From Octopus vulgaris (taxonomy: Eukaryota), in NCBI GenBank assembly GCA_951406725.2, contig OX597821.1, positions 48,050,001-48,114,000 on the forward strand: a DNA stretch of 64,000 bases, written 5' to 3'. Shown piece by piece: positions 12,380-26,230 of the stretch (position 1 is the first letter of the stretch; every line of letters begins with the position of its first letter). The notes under the pieces were generated by a model, which was not told where the DNA came from, did not search any database, and saw nothing but the letters and a program-made list of their open reading frames with translations. Both the position numbers and the translations under genes were made by a program.

Positions 12380-12750
12380 TTGAATATATACATACTGACT
12401 TCAATGCACTTTTAGCTTGCCAGCCACTTCGTGAAGGCTCCCATGGAAGTCCTCCAAAGTGAAGGTACCCAGGACACTCGTCACAGCCTCTTTCATCTTC
12501 TCAATATCTTTAGGCTGCTCCTGAGGTTCTCCTTCAGCTTGGGAAAAGACCAAAAGTCACAGGGAGCAAGTTCTGGACTGCAGAGAGGGTGAGAGATAGT
12601 TCTGATTCCCATCTTTGTCAAGTAGTTGGATGGAATTGTGGACTAGCATATTGTCTTGATGCAGGTGCCACTAAGCTGTGTAAAAGAGGTCTAGCTTTTT
12701 GCAATGAAACCTTTTCCTGAACACCCTCAAAACCTCAACAATAATCACCC
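12380..12750 (-). mobile_element. Decayed mariner transposase C-terminal fragment
   Basis: The reverse complement of about 12541-12580 encodes SPELAPCDFWSFP, the mariner YSPDLAPxDF motif. Confidence 0.7.
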
Positions 12751-12854
12751 CGCATTATCTTATGGTTAATACCATATAGATTTCTGGTGCATCTAAGTTA
12801 AGTACTGCATTCATGTGAATTCAACAGAACTCACTTGAATCTTAATTGCTTTTA

Positions 12855-12979
<125 letters not shown>

Positions 12980-12981
12980 TA

Positions 12982-13310
12982 CAGGGGGTGATGGGTGAAT
13001 TGTCACCATCTTATATTTTTAATGTTGTGCATGCACATCGTTTGTTTTTGATTTTGTCAACTACACAGTATAGTAAGCTCAGTTGAGTACCATCTGTGAG
13101 AAAAACAGCACTATAGTGCAATTCACTCTGCCAGAAATTTCAACCTGGAGGCCGTGGTTGAAGCCAATAACGATTTTATTGATTAAATTTATTCTTTAAT
13201 ATTTCGAGATATTTCTATGCAATTTTGGTAAATATATCTATTAAAATGAGATCCCGTTATTTCCCTTTTTGCATAATTTAGACGTTTTTGCATATATTCA
13301 CCGCACCCTG
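12982..13310 (+). mobile_element. Internally deleted Tc1/mariner-superfamily element
   Basis: TA|CAGGG(G)GTG..GGTGAAT ... ATTCACCGCACCCTG|TA termini. A residual LEAVVEANNDFI* resembles a transposase C-terminus. Confidence 0.7.
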
Positions 13311-15750
13311 TATATGTATGTATTTATTAGTGACAGCATCAGTATTAATACAAGAGGTAATATTTAACTCCACTTAAACATAGATTTTCTGTAAAAAAAA
13401 AATATTGCAGTAGATGCCATGAGAGGAACTCTCATATTGTTTTTTTTTTTTTTGGCGCAAAATGCACTCTTCTTTATATCTCTAGCATGGAGATAAATCC
13501 CTGGCACCTTCAGCTCGGGGACCACCAGATCACATGATTTCAACCTTCCTTGGTCTTGTCAATGATAGATGCTCAACTGCTAGAGATAACAGTGACTTAT
13601 CCCCACTACCAGCGATATGTGTGTGAGTGCATTCATATGTATATATATATATATATATATACAGGTTTATGTGTATGTATATATGTACGTGTGTCTGTAT
13701 GGAAAGATACTCATAATTTTTTTTAAACACACTAAGTGTTAGACTATATATGACAATAGACATACTATTTCAGTTCTCCTCTTTCAGTATACACCACAAT
13801 ATGTCAGAAAACAGAAACAGAATCTCTTTTCATGGTGCAGTATGTTTCTAAAGATTTCCAAAGAAAATACCAGGATAATTAACTGGCAGCAGTATCCAGC
13901 AGTGAAACATTTAATGTAATCTCCAATAGACTTCAAATACACCAATACTATAATTTTGAAAACCGTCCCTTTATATAAAGAATTTACCAACTCGTTCTTG
14001 GCACTCTCCATATATTTTTTTTTTTTTTTTGTCATTGCTTTCATTTAGAGATTTATCTTGTTTTGTTTTATAGTTTTTGTTTGATTGTTAGCTCTAACTT
14101 TTATGTCTTTTTTTCCCTCCAACAAACACACACATCTTGTCATTAAACACCAAAGACAAAATAACGAGAATAATGTTTAAAAGGGTTAATGGCTAAGTTA
14201 GCCAATAGAAATCAAAAGCCCATCAAATGATGGTATCATCTGGAATGATTCCAGCATAGGTCTTCCATTAAATGCAACCAATTCTAGATTTTCTTGTTTT
14301 ATATTTTGGTTTCTGTCTTTCCTTTATCGGTGCATAAAGGCAAAAATCTTTATTTTCCTTCAGCCATTTGCAAATAAAATGCAGTGTTGAATGTCAAAAG
14401 CATGATGGCTGTAAAATATATCACAATATAATATGAGATAAAATGGAATAAATTTAAACAAATTATAAAAACAAAAGGTAGAAATTCTACAGTAACACAA
14501 ATACTGTTTTTGTCTGTGAGTGAAGCTATTACAGAAAAAAATATTGTAATTTTTTTTATCTCATTTTGTCTACTCTCTCTCTACACACACACACACACAT
14601 ACATACATACAAGTGTGAACATGTGTATACTCATTCTCATTCATGGTTATACATACAAATGTAGACACACAGTCACTGAAATGTATGTATATACATACAT
14701 CATCATCATCATCATCATCATGCAAATAAATAGCTACACATACACACACACATACAGGGAGAAAGAGAAAGAAAGTACAAATGGCACATATATGGTTGTG
14801 TGCAAGTATGAAAATTTGGTATATATATTGACGTGTGTGTGTATGTGCACACATGCATGCATGTATTTGTGTATACATGTATGAAAAGACACATACACAT
14901 TGTATATTTATTCATTCTATGCAATAACTTCATGGTATTTTTCTCTTAAAATATTCATTCTATATGCCTATATTTTCCCTGAATCTCATTCCATCCTTAC
15001 ACTTCCCTTTCATTCCTGTTTCCAAGTGTGTTTCTGCATACACTTTTGTTTATTGATATATATATGTGTGTGTATATGCATGTATGTATATGTATATATG
15101 CATATGCACACACACACACATACACACACATATATACATACATGCATATGTAAAATATATGCATGCACACAAATATGTATACATGCATATTTATAATGAT
15201 AGCAAGCCTGGTTACAGGTAGGCAGATAGATCGACTAACAGACAGACAAATTTAAACAAATTAGAAAAATAAAGATAGAGATATGCAACACTTTTTGTCT
15301 GCGAATAAAACCATTATAGAAAAAAATACTGTGAGTTATATCTCAGTATGTCAACTCGCTATACACATATATACAAGCATTAACACATGCATATGCACAC
15401 ACATATACACTATCATGGGCAAGTATGCATAGATAGACAGACAGGTATAAAGACATTGGTTTTGTCAGGACTTTTTAGAATTCAGCTGTTGAGAATCATG
15501 TCTTGAACAAAGGTTGTTGTTCTGTCAAGTCTTTGCTTTCATGGCATATCTATCTTGGCCACACAACCATATACACACGGTCATATATGCTCACACAGCT
15601 GTCTTATAAACATGCACACGCACCTTCGTTTCGAGATCACCTCTACTTTATTATCTCCCCTTCTTCCTAGCTCTCTGGCCAGCATTCGCCATGATATGTT
15701 GCTAGCCACTACACATTCTTTATTTTCTCTCCTTGTTTCTTTCTGTGTTC

Positions 15751-15786
15751 CTTTCTGTGGAAGAGCATAGGCTCGAAACGTTAAAG
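15751..15786 (+). ncRNA. Degenerate minimal hammerhead-like motif in a Penelope-type terminal repeat
   Basis: CTTT-CTGTGGA-A-GAGC-atag-GCTC-GAAA-CG-T-T-AAAG. Same design as 47439-47472 but with A6>T. Confidence 0.55.
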
Positions 15787-16554
15787 ACTTTTTCACTTCC
15801 CGAGCATTAAAATAATACATCTGTTTGTTGTCTACACCACCTGTCTTCGTCTTTTGTTGTTTTTTTTTGTGAATCCCGCCCCCCCACTGGATACAAGTAT
15901 GCATACATACATACATGTATCAGCTGTAGTTCAATAAATTTGAACTGGAATTAATCTACATGAAATGCCAGTATTAGGAAGGATGGCATCACCTGTACAG
16001 TGCCCCTGCTATCACTTACACACACACACTCTCTCTCTCTCTCTCTCTCTACTCATGAAACTCTGCATTGAAATCTATCAATCTCTCTCTCTTAACCATC
16101 CCCAGTGTTACCTATCATGCACCATTCTTTACCATTATCCACATTTACTGCAGTCTCATCATGTGATTTATACTACTTCGATTCAGTTTCTTACCAATAA
16201 CCTGCATGTAGCTATCATTGCCTCTCTCCCATTTCTCCTTCCCCTATAACTATGTTTCTGCATCACAGTCAAACCTATTCTGTCTTTTCTTCACCTTGTT
16301 AGTCACATTAACCTTGAACAAATGGATACAACATAAAAAGATTTTGTGAGGAATACAACAAAACTTCTAGTGCTGGCATCTTCATACAATGCATCTAATA
16401 TATTCTGCAATTTGATTGATGTTAATGAGGAAACAATGCCAAAATTGGAAATTTTTAGTGAGATATGGTCCTCTATAGGACAGTAACCCAAAATAAGAAC
16501 AAAGTCAGACCATCTTCACACTGTCTAATGCATACCAGAATTGAAAGTGGATGT

Positions 16555-16593
<39 letters not shown>

Positions 16594-16597
<4 letters not shown>

Positions 16598-17130
16598 GTC
16601 ATCCCATAAATAATGCAGTCTTTTTTCAATTGCATGAACTAAAAGTCGGAGGGAGACAGGATAAACTACATGCATCAACTTGGCATAAAAGCAGGTAGTC
16701 ATTTTACCTTGTCCTTATTCTTAGTGCAAATTCTGAAGAGTGCAGTTCGATTTTAACAGCTATTTTTTCAAAACTATAATGTAAGTGACAAAGGAACATA
16801 TTTTGCTTTATGAATTCAATAAAGGCAACGATGCAATGGAAAGTGTGAGGAATATTAATGCAGTATATGAGGATTGGACAATAAGCCAGTGTCAATGGTA
16901 GTTCCAGAAATTCTGAGCTGAAAACTACAGCCTAGAAGACAAGCCTTGTCCTGGAAGATCTGTAGAGCTTGATGAGGACGTCCTGCAAACCCTAGTGAAG
17001 TAAAATCTCATGGTAACTGTTGAAGAACTATCAGAGAATCTTGAATTTGGTCATTCAACCATTCATCGGTACTTGTGTGCCATCAGAAAAGTCAGCAAAT
17101 TGGGTCAATAGGTTCCTCACAAACTCTCAT
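16594..17130 (+). mobile_element. 5' part of a decayed mariner element
   Basis: TA|TTGGGTCATCCC terminus. Decayed N-terminal transposase (LED.P..GR..ELDEDVL) ends at a WVPH-like segment (taggttcctcacaaactc). Confidence 0.7.
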
Positions 17131-17282
17131 GACCCTGTAAGACAGAGAAAAAAACCATTTTTGAGAGGGGGCGGGGCATTGGAGGAGGAGATCTTGTGTC
17201 AGATGTTGAAAGGTAATAGTCAAACAGAGAGACAGAAACAGGTGTTCTGCTGTAGAGGAGGTACAAGGTTACCTGACAGGGG

Positions 17283-17313
<31 letters not shown>

Positions 17314-17548
17314 ATGAAGACAGAAACATATGTGCTGCGCAAAGGAAATACAGGGTCATCCAACCTGCAGGAAGTGCAGGAGTAGGAGAGAGAGAAAGGA
17401 AGACAGCAGGATAGAGATGGTGACAAAGTGCCAGGCATAGGTAACGATACAGTGAGACAGGGTCCAGATGGAGCACACAGGCCAGAAGGTAGTGAATAGC
17501 AATGATACAGTGGCACAGAGCCAAGAGAGCAATGATACAGTGGCACAT

Positions 17549-17672
17549 TTGCACTTTGTCGTACATGCACACTGATGTTGCACATCCAATGGAGCATACT
17601 ACCTTCGTTCTTCTCCAGTCTATGTATGTCTTCTGCATTTAGAACCCATGTATCACTACCATGGAGTATAGC
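17549..17672 (-). mobile_element. RTE-clade LINE ORF fragment
   Basis: AILHGSDTWVLNAEDIHRLEKNEGSMLHWMCNISV matches the RTE LYGSETW...E..MLRWM region. Confidence 0.75.
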
Positions 17673-18071
17673 CGTAAATATATACACAAATACACATATA
17701 CATATATGTACACACGCATACACACGCACAAAATCTCTTGGTGTATACATATACAGGTCCGTTGTTGCCGACGAAATGGATGGGAAGTGCATTAAACATA
17801 GGGAGGAGGGAGAGAGAAAATAAAGAAAGAAAAAGAAACTGAAACAGAAAACTAGTGAGACAAGAGAGAAAGAGGTTGCTATGTAAAGACGCCAACGAGT
17901 ATCAAATAGGAAAAAGAAAGGTGTGATACTTCACGAATTGTGCTCAACAAATACACACATAAAATAAAATTACTTATGTATATACACATAACTATAGATA
18001 TGCATACAAATACACATATGTGATTACGTATATAAATATACAAAAATATGTAAGCAAATACATGCTCACAT

Positions 18072-18256
18072 GCAGGGTGGCACGTAAAAAGCACCCACTA
18101 CACTCACGGAGTGGTTGGCGTTGGGAAGGGCATCCAGCTGTAGAAACACTGCCAGATCAGACTGGAGCCTGGTGCAGCCTTCTGGCTTCCTAGATCCCCG
18201 GTCGAACCATCCAAACAATGCTAGCATGGAGAACGGACGTTAAACGATGATGATGA
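18072..18256 (+). mobile_element. RTE-type 3' UTR/tail repeat ending in (GAT)n
   Basis: ggttggcgttgggaagggcatccagc...tgctagcatggagaacggacgttaaacgatgatgatga. Related copies lie at about 23700-23930, 31957-32105, 7570-7620(-) and 59967-60012(-). Confidence 0.75.
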
Positions 18257-18499
18257 TAAATATAAGTATATACACATATATACATAAATATAACCATACA
18301 CATTTACTTACACACACGTACATGTGCCCGTACGGACACATACACATACATATGCATACCCACAATACATACATACACATAAAAATAACTATATAGTGAC
18401 ATATCTACATCATAACATATATATATATACAAACAATTTTAAAAGCTGCTTGGTGTATATAAAATTAAAATATGGATAAAAAGGCATTTCAAAATGCAG

Positions 18500-19620
18500 T
18501 ACCATATAAGGAATTATTTATAAATTTAATGTAACAATTAAATAAGTTTGTAAAATTCAATAAAATAAAATAGAATATTAAAAAAATTAAAATAATAATA
18601 ATGATAAAAAAAAACTCAGCAAAGCTTAAAAACAATATGTAAAACAGTCAGAGGTTTTCTTAAAGAATGAGTTGAAATATATTCAATATTGTTGCAATGA
18701 GAAATAACCATACATTACAAAGACAAATTGAAAAGTAGCAGTCAAAAATAGTTCAAAAGTCAAACATACTATCCATATGGTATTTTGTCAGTTGACATTT
18801 TAAATTTTATTGTGTGCCTGCAGGAATTTAAAAGTTCGTGTCTCTGATTTATGTGATCACTTTTATCCTGGAACAAGATGAGGAATTTTTCTGAAAGGCA
18901 CAAATTGCATTTCATGTGTCTTTTATGAGCTCCATGTCTGTAAGCTGATGCTTTGTCTAAGATTTTCCATGTTACATAAAAAAAGACGGGTTTCATTTCC
19001 TTTCAATTCCCAGACATGTTTTGCCAGACTAGTTGCTGTCCTGTTTTCAGGGTACCAGAAGGAACTTCTGTGGGAATAAAATCGGGTCTTGAAAGAATTT
19101 TCAGAAGCCCCTGTGTATGTTTTATATTTTTGTGAGCCTTCTATTTGTACTTTGGCCCTATACACAATCCCTTTTTTTTTTCCAGACACTTTCCTTCCAA
19201 TGGACAAGAGGTCTCATCTTTGCAATTACAATTCTTCAGATTAGAATTGGCACTGAAGTTATCTGTAATTATTTTATTGTTGTGTTGGCTAATGAAAGAG
19301 GCAAAGTTTTTACAACAAGAATAGCTAATTTTCAGTGTTCTCCTATTAGATATTCTGTAGAACTTATGGCTAGGTTAAAAATGCTTAGAGACTAATTTTA
19401 AAAATCTCTTGCCTATATTAGTTTTTATGGACATATTAAATGCTGGGTTGAACCACAAAACCCTCTTAGTTCTAGTTCTATGTGTGGCATTTTTGCTTGC
19501 ATTAACTTGGTTGTACTGGATCTTCTCCAAGAATCCACTATTCCTTAAGGTGTTATTGTAATAGGATGCAGCATTTTGAAATGCTGTCTGATCCAAAGAA
19601 ATTGATGATACTCTCCTACA
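18500..19620 (-). mobile_element. Penelope-like element 3' fragment (RT thumb, linker, GIY-YIG endonuclease), frameshifted
   Basis: Motifs VLWFNPAF, NCNCKDETSCPLEGKC, IVYRAKV...YTGASENSFKTRFYSH, TSLAKHVWELK, CNLCLSEK and ELLNSCRH. Confidence 0.9.
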
Positions 19621-20274
19621 GTTGACCTTTTTGACAAAGCTGTAGCATTAAGTTACATTTAAATGAAAATTGGGTATCTAGTATCTGGATGTCCTCAGAT
19701 ACAATTCTCAACCAGTTGAACAAATTAGTTAATACAACATTGGCACTATCACAGTATTGAAAGCTAATGGTGGACTTGGAGAAACACCAGTCATTGACCA
19801 TGACCAATAAATCAGGTAATTGTGAAAGACTATTAACTCAAAAACTATAGGTAATTTCTTAATATCTCTGACCTGGCAGAACTACTGAAAAATCTTGCCT
19901 CTTCAAAATAATGAACTAAGTGGTTGTGATGTCAATTGAGCTTGTCAGAAATATACCGAGGATCACTATTCTTCAGTCACTTGATAAGTATTCAAAAATT
20001 GCTCACCTGTGGGCTAGATTAAATAGATGCAGGGCAGGTCAGGCTGGCCAAACTCTGTATCAATGAGAGACAGGCAGTATTCTTTGTTTAGTAGTTTATA
20101 TGAGTGATATACTTGAAACATTCGAAAGTGTTTATCTCATGAATCAATCCCTCCACAAATTCTTCAAATGTTTCTTAAATTGGAATGGGAGAAAGGAGAG
20201 TGATGTTCTGCCCTTATAATAATTTGATCAAACATAAGTACAAGTTAGTATGCATGAGAGTGCTACTTACTTAC

Positions 20275-20338
20275 GTTTGGTTGGATATCACAGCTAGAAG
20301 ATAATTGCTCCAGTGATCCATTGTAGGTGGTTCCTAAC
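20275..20338 (-). other. Candidate 64-nt exon
   Basis: cacaacag|GTTAGG...CCAAAC|gtaagtaagt. One frame is open (LGTTYNGSLEQLSSSCDIQPN). The polypyrimidine tract is weak. Confidence 0.3.
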
Positions 20339-20409
20339 CTGTTGTGATTGATGTTCTTTTTACATTGTGTTGAAAAAAATGCTTTATAGAATTTGTTGTG
20401 GCTCTCTTT

Positions 20410-20812
20410 GTTCTGGGTTCAAATTTCACTAAAGTAAACTTTACCTTTCATCTTTTCACTGTCAATATACTAAGTACCAGCCATGTAAGATGGGGGAGCA
20501 GTGATATTGGCAAATCCCCTTTCATCAAATTTGTGTTTAAATTAGAAACTATTATTGTTGTTGCTCTTGTCATCAATATTATTATTGTTGTTGTTAAGGC
20601 AGTGAACTGGTAGAATTTTTAGAGCATCAGACAAAATGCCTTGCAACTTTTCTTCTGAATACATTACATTCTGAACTCAAATGCCATAGAGGACAATTTA
20701 CCTTCCATCATTTTAGTGTCGATAAAAGAAGTATCAGTTGAACACTGGGGTCAATGTAATCCGCTAGCCCCCTCCTACCATATTTCGGGATTTGTACCTT
20801 CAGTAGAAAGGA
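20410..20812 (+). mobile_element. Two decayed copies of the Nin-domain-like SINE
   Basis: ttctgggttcaaat...acctttcatctttt...aagtaccag and taaggcagtgaactggtagaa...gtcgataaaagaagtatcag. Same family as 60495-60705. Confidence 0.7.
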
Positions 20813-20829
20813 TTATTATTTTTATTACT

Positions 20830-21955
20830 ACTACTACTACTACAAAATTTATTACATGCTAATTTAATCAACAAAGATGTTATCTTAAGGTTTGGTGACA
20901 AGTTTCCTTAAATTTTCAAAATCTTCCTTGGGATTCTTATAGAATACAGGATGACACTTTTCTGCAGATAGGCAATGCATGTCTCAATTCCAATAGCCCT
21001 CAGCCTCTTATTTAGCAGTTTGAGTGTTGTGCCAGTTCCCTAATTAACCCTAGAACAATTTTTGCCTTTGTCTTTCACAATCTCTCCATCCCTCAAGATA
21101 GGTCCTGGGATTTCTCAATTTCCTCAATTTCTTTAGTATCCACTATTATCTTGTGATACGCTTTTTGTCCTCTATAATCATATCTAGTCACCTTGCTTCA
21201 ATAATGCAGTCAGTCTTTATGGAGAAATCCCATAAAAATCCTGTAATTATAATTCACCATTGGAACTTCTAACTTGTGTTCATACCACTTTTCTGTTACT
21301 TTGAAACCACAAATTTGGTTAACATCCCAATGCCCTTTATTACTAAAGTGCAACTATACACACCTCTACTGCTAGCTTACTGCATTCACTTAAAAAATGG
21401 TTCATGCTTTCATCATCTTTTCAACAGATTCTGTATTTGCATTCTAACCTGGTTTTATCACCCTTTGTTTTCAAGTTTGTTTTAATAGATTATTCTTGGA
21501 TGGCTATAGTAGGTAATAAGGTTTCTGGTTTCCATCTATCAGCCACAACCAATGTTCTATTCTTCCAACATCCTTGGCTTTTTGCATGAACTATTTGTCC
21601 TGTTGTTCTTTCTTCTGTTCTTGAACCCTGTTATTGTTTCAGTGACATTTTGGATATTTCTAGCTGCCAACAGTATTCTTTTTTTCACTGTATGCATCAC
21701 AAATTTTCAAATCCAGCATCACAGAACTAATGGTGTCTTCTGCATTTTACAAATCTCTGCCTCCATTCTTAGTATCTAGTACCTGTCGATATAACTTGTA
21801 CGTGTTCTGTATTGTGTGAAACTTCTTAGTTTTCCTATCTAATTCCCATATGTAAGTGTTTGTCCCTTTTAGGAAAACAGTGGAGTGTTTTAATATTGGC
21901 ATGATCAATGTATTCGCTGCTTTGATAATACTCCCTCTATTTAGTTGTGTTTCAA
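20830..21955 (-). mobile_element. Heavily decayed R4/Dong-like non-LTR element (RLE endonuclease type), 3' portion
   Basis: The minus strand encodes ...AIGIETCIAYLQKSVILYSIRIPRKILKI*, resembling the R4-clade terminal LQK..LL.TARI.RK.L motif. An upstream AIQE-like motif and a Cys motif are present, with TAA/TAG repeats at the end. Confidence 0.6.
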
Positions 21956-23674
21956 ATACCTTTGCATGTTGTTGTTATTATTATTATTCTACTGACAATA
22001 CATCTTTCAAAAATAGAAAAAAAAATGGAGGGATAAAATTCATTATATATTTAAAAAAAGCAAGAAAAGCTGTCTAAGAGATAAAGAAGCCTCCACAATT
22101 TATTTCAGAAAATACAAGACTCAACTATTTTCATGTGAATCCGTCAAGGAGAATCAATAGTTGAAGATGTTGCTGAAGGGTACAACTACAGTCTATGAGA
22201 GACTAGTTTTAGAATGATAAATAGGAAGGAAGTAGAATGGTTGGAGGCCTTTACATAATCTCCATGATGTAGGGATCATAAAACTGTTATCACAATCATC
22301 TCAACAGAGAAAAATTATCAATTTACAATTTTGTTTCAGGATTTCATCTGAGTGAAAGAGTAGGGTATCTATCAGTTTCTTAGTGAGTCTGAGAATGTAG
22401 AGATCAGATGATAAATATATATAATCAGAATGTCGAACAATAAAACTGCAGCAACCACAAAAGATATAGCCATTAAATCTGCTAGATATAGCTGCCAGAT
22501 CACTTCAGATCAGACCCTACAGTTCTAAAGAAAAGATAATATAGTCCAAGTATACAAGGCTTATAAATAAAATTAGACGGGCACGACTGGAATGTTTTTA
22601 GTAAGAGATCTGTCTAATTAAATAACTATGTCCCTCAAATCACACCCCATGCTCCAAGAAAGGAAGGATGCAATGTTTGAACATAAAAACAAAAACAGGA
22701 TGGACAGGTCCTGAATATTGGTGACCCCTTATCAAAGTGAACATTATAGGTCTCCTTGATAAAGGATTACCAACAACATGAATGCCTGAAAGCACAATAC
22801 AGAGAACTCCTTCAAACTACTGAGAAGAGCTGACAATTATTCTCTCCAATAAACACTCTGTAGCATCTTAAGAAAGCACACATTGGATAATATAGTCCCA
22901 GGTACACTATTCCTCAAAGTGAGATAGTCATGGTCAAAGTATTTTTGATCATGAGTTGGATTAAGGACAATTTGGAGGATAAACCACAAAAGCACAACTA
23001 TAACATCTCCACAACAAGGACAATAACAGTAAAGCAATATTTCTGTTTCCAGTTAAGAAGTTTGTGCAAGGATCAGATAAATCCTGTAGTTTAGAAGGAT
23101 TGTCATATTGCAGTTTACAAATATAGAGCTGGAAGTGCATAGCTTCCTTCTTTGTGCTGTGTAAGTGAAATAAGGTGATATATAGTTAAGTGCTATAAAA
23201 CAGTATAGCATAGAACAGTGTAATATTACAAACTAGTGTAATGAAATGATATAGCTAAATATTGTGTAATAATTTCACTCAGTATGGTGTTATAAAAGTG
23301 GTGATACATAGTATATAATATAGTAGATATAGTAGTACTGTAGTACATAATGCTGTACATATGAAGATACATTATAGTACCTGTATTGGTATCTTGTATA
23401 ATGTAGCATATATGGTGCTATATAGTAGTATATAATGTAATACAGCAATATGAGACAGTAGGGTATATCCTCTTGGTATGCACAAACAAAGGTAATGAGC
23501 TATTATAGTACTATCACTATCTCTTACCTCATACCTTGAATGTCCATCAGGACTCCTCATTACCACTATTTTTTATCTCCCCCTTGCTCCACCCTGATCA
23601 CCCAACCCTGCCTCTTCTACAATGCAAGTAACCAAGTATCCTTCTACAGTAAGAAACCTGTTCATTTTGTCTTA

Positions 23675-24040
23675 CATTAACCCCACATCACCCAGCATAA
23701 AACTGTCTCAGGGTTTGTAGTTTTGCAAGCTACATGGTAACCTTACTAGTCTGATGGTATGACAAATGCACCAAGTACATGATGAAATGTGGTTGGTATT
23801 AGTAAAGGCATCAAGCCATAGAAACCATGCTAAACTAAATTAGAAGCCCGATACCGCCTGTCACCCATTTGATCCTGTCAAACCATCCAAGCCATGCCAG
23901 CATGGAACATGGATGTTAAATGGTGATGATAGTAATGTACTTGGTGCTTTTGTTATACCATCAGACTAGTAAGGTTACCATGTAGCTTGCAAAACTACAA
24001 ACCCTGAGACAGTTTTATGCTGGGTGATGTAGGGTTAATG
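23675..24040. repeat. About 105-bp near-perfect inverted duplication enclosing an RTE-type tail
   Basis: 23675-23780 is the reverse complement of 23935-24040, with few mismatches. Confidence 0.9.
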
Positions 24041-24344
24041 ACTGTTCATTTAGTTAACTGAATATTAAACAGAGACAAATATTAGAAGGTTTAATTGTAC
24101 ATATATAAATTGTATACAGTTATATATATCTATAACTGTAAGTATATTTCGTTATTTATATCTTGCTACAAAGGAATATTTTATTCAATTACTAGCTTGA
24201 AATATAACCTGCCACAAGGTATTAACTCTAGAACTCAAGAACTGAATATTTTTTCAGTGGACTCTCCAAGGTTACTCATTAATATTACAACACATTTCAG
24301 TCTTAAAACATAAATTAAAATCTAAATTATATGTTGAGGTATAT

Positions 24345-24770
24345 TGGTTTCAAAATTTGGCACAAGGCCAACAATTTCGAGGGAGGAGTAGGTCGATTAC
24401 ATCAGCCCCAGGCCTCAGCTGGTACCTATTTTATTGACCCCAAAAGGAGGAAAAGCAAAGTCAACCTAGGCAGAATTTGAACTCGGTATGTAAAGACGGA
24501 TGAAAAGCCATTAAGCATTTTGCCAGCTTGCTACCTTATAAGCAGTGAATATCGGTCTCAAATGTTGGCACAAGGCCAGTGATTTTGAGAGAGGAGGAAA
24601 GTCAATTACATTGACCCCCAATGCACAATTGGAACTTATTTTATCGACCCCTAAAGGATGAAAGGGAAGTCGTCCTTGGTGGAATTTGAACTCAGAATAT
24701 AGTGATAGAGGAAATGCTGCTAAGCATTTTGCCTGGTAGATTAATGATTCTACTAACTCACCTTCTTATG
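24345..24770 (-). mobile_element. Two tandem Nin-domain-like SINE copies
   Basis: Each has ggcacaaggcc...tcgattacat...ggtac(c/t)tatttt...aaagtcaacct...gaatttgaactc. Confidence 0.8.
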
Positions 24771-24891
24771 CATGTTGAAATATATTAAGTACTCCAAACA
24801 TTACACTAAAACATCATATTTATACACTACTGTTGTCCTGTATGACAACACTATATAGCACCACACTTTTATCACACTATTTCCAATATTA

Positions 24892-26175
24892 TTGGGTTGG
24901 CAGAAAAGTAATTTCAGTTGTTTAGTGTGAAATAAAAATCATATTTTTCATACAAAGAATGAACTTTAATCGATTATATATTTTCCATTTTGTTCAATGA
25001 TTTTTGCCATCTTTCTGGCAACTTCATGGTTCTGAGCTCATAGAACTTCTTGTCCTTATCAGCCAAAAATTGAAGCAAGTGCAATTTCAGGTTATCATCA
25101 TTATTGAAAGTTTTACCATTCAAAGAATTTTGTAAACTTCAAAATAAATGGTAATCTGATGGTGCAAATTCAGGCCTATATGGTAGATGAGACATTACTT
25201 CCCAACCAAGCTCCAATAACTTTTCATGAGTTAGCAAAGATGTGTGTGGTCTAGCGTTGTCATAGTGGAATATGATACCTTTACAATTTGCCAATTCTGG
25301 CCGTTTTTCTTTGATTGGGTCCTCCAGTTTCATTAGTTGTTGACAGTAAACATTTGAATTGATAGTTTGGTTCCTTGGAAGCAGCTTAAAATAAACAACA
25401 CCTTTATAACCCCACCAAATTGACAGCATGACCTTTTTTTTATGCAATTCAGCTTTCAATGTGGTTTATGCTGGTTCATTATGCTTGGACCATGATCGTT
25501 TTCAATTAATGTTATTGTAGACAATCCATTTGTCATCAGCAGTGATGATTTGTTTCAAGGAAAGGTTGATTTCATTGTGTTTGAGATGCATATCACAAAT
25601 GTTGATTTGTTGTGTTAAGTAAATCTCTTTCAATCTATGTGGAATCTAAACTTTGAGCTTCTTCACGAGTCCAAGACATTTTAATTGATTTTCAATTGTT
25701 GCGTGTGATACATTTAACCTTTCTGCAATTTCTTGTACAGTTATATGACAATCAGATTAAATTATGACTTTGATTCAGTCATCATCAACTTCAGTAGGTC
25801 AGCCAGAATGTTGGTCATCTTTGAGTGAAAAATCTCCAGGATGGAAAATTTTTAAAACCATTTCTGACATGAGCATTCTGTTAAGCAATCAACACCAAAA
25901 ACTTCACACATCAATTTGTGAGCTTCAGCGGATTTCTTGCCTTTACAGAAATAAAAAAGCAAAATATGGTGAAAATGTTTGTTTGGGCACTCCATATTAA
26001 AATTGACACTGAAATAACAGCTGTAAACAAAATTATGCACAATTTGCTTCTAAAGTAATCTCAAAGTAATGGCTACCAAATGTCAAAAGGAAAAAATCAT
26101 AACATCGACAAAAGTCATAAAAACAAAATTGTAATTCTCTTTGCGAAAAACTAAATTACTTTCTTGCCAACTCAA
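24892..26175 (-). mobile_element. Full-length decayed mariner (about 1.28 kb) with TIRs and TA duplication
   Basis: TA|TTGGGTTGGCAGAAAAGTAATTT ... AAATTACTTTCTTGCCAACTCAA|TA. Transposase fragments include KKVMLSIWW, HYDNARPH and YRPEFAPSDYHLF. Confidence 0.92.
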
Positions 26176-26230
26176 TACATTATAAATATGTACTAATTTA
26201 TATACACACATACACATTATCCATCTACAC

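Noticed and set aside
18769-19260. Selenocysteine recoding, reported for some Penelope-like clades
   Set aside because: The Cys motifs I could read use normal Cys codons, and the disruptions look like ordinary decay.
23170-23480. Periodic TATAG/ACTAT-rich tracts (also about 26860-27290)
   Set aside because: They look like old decayed simple repeats with no definable unit or structure.
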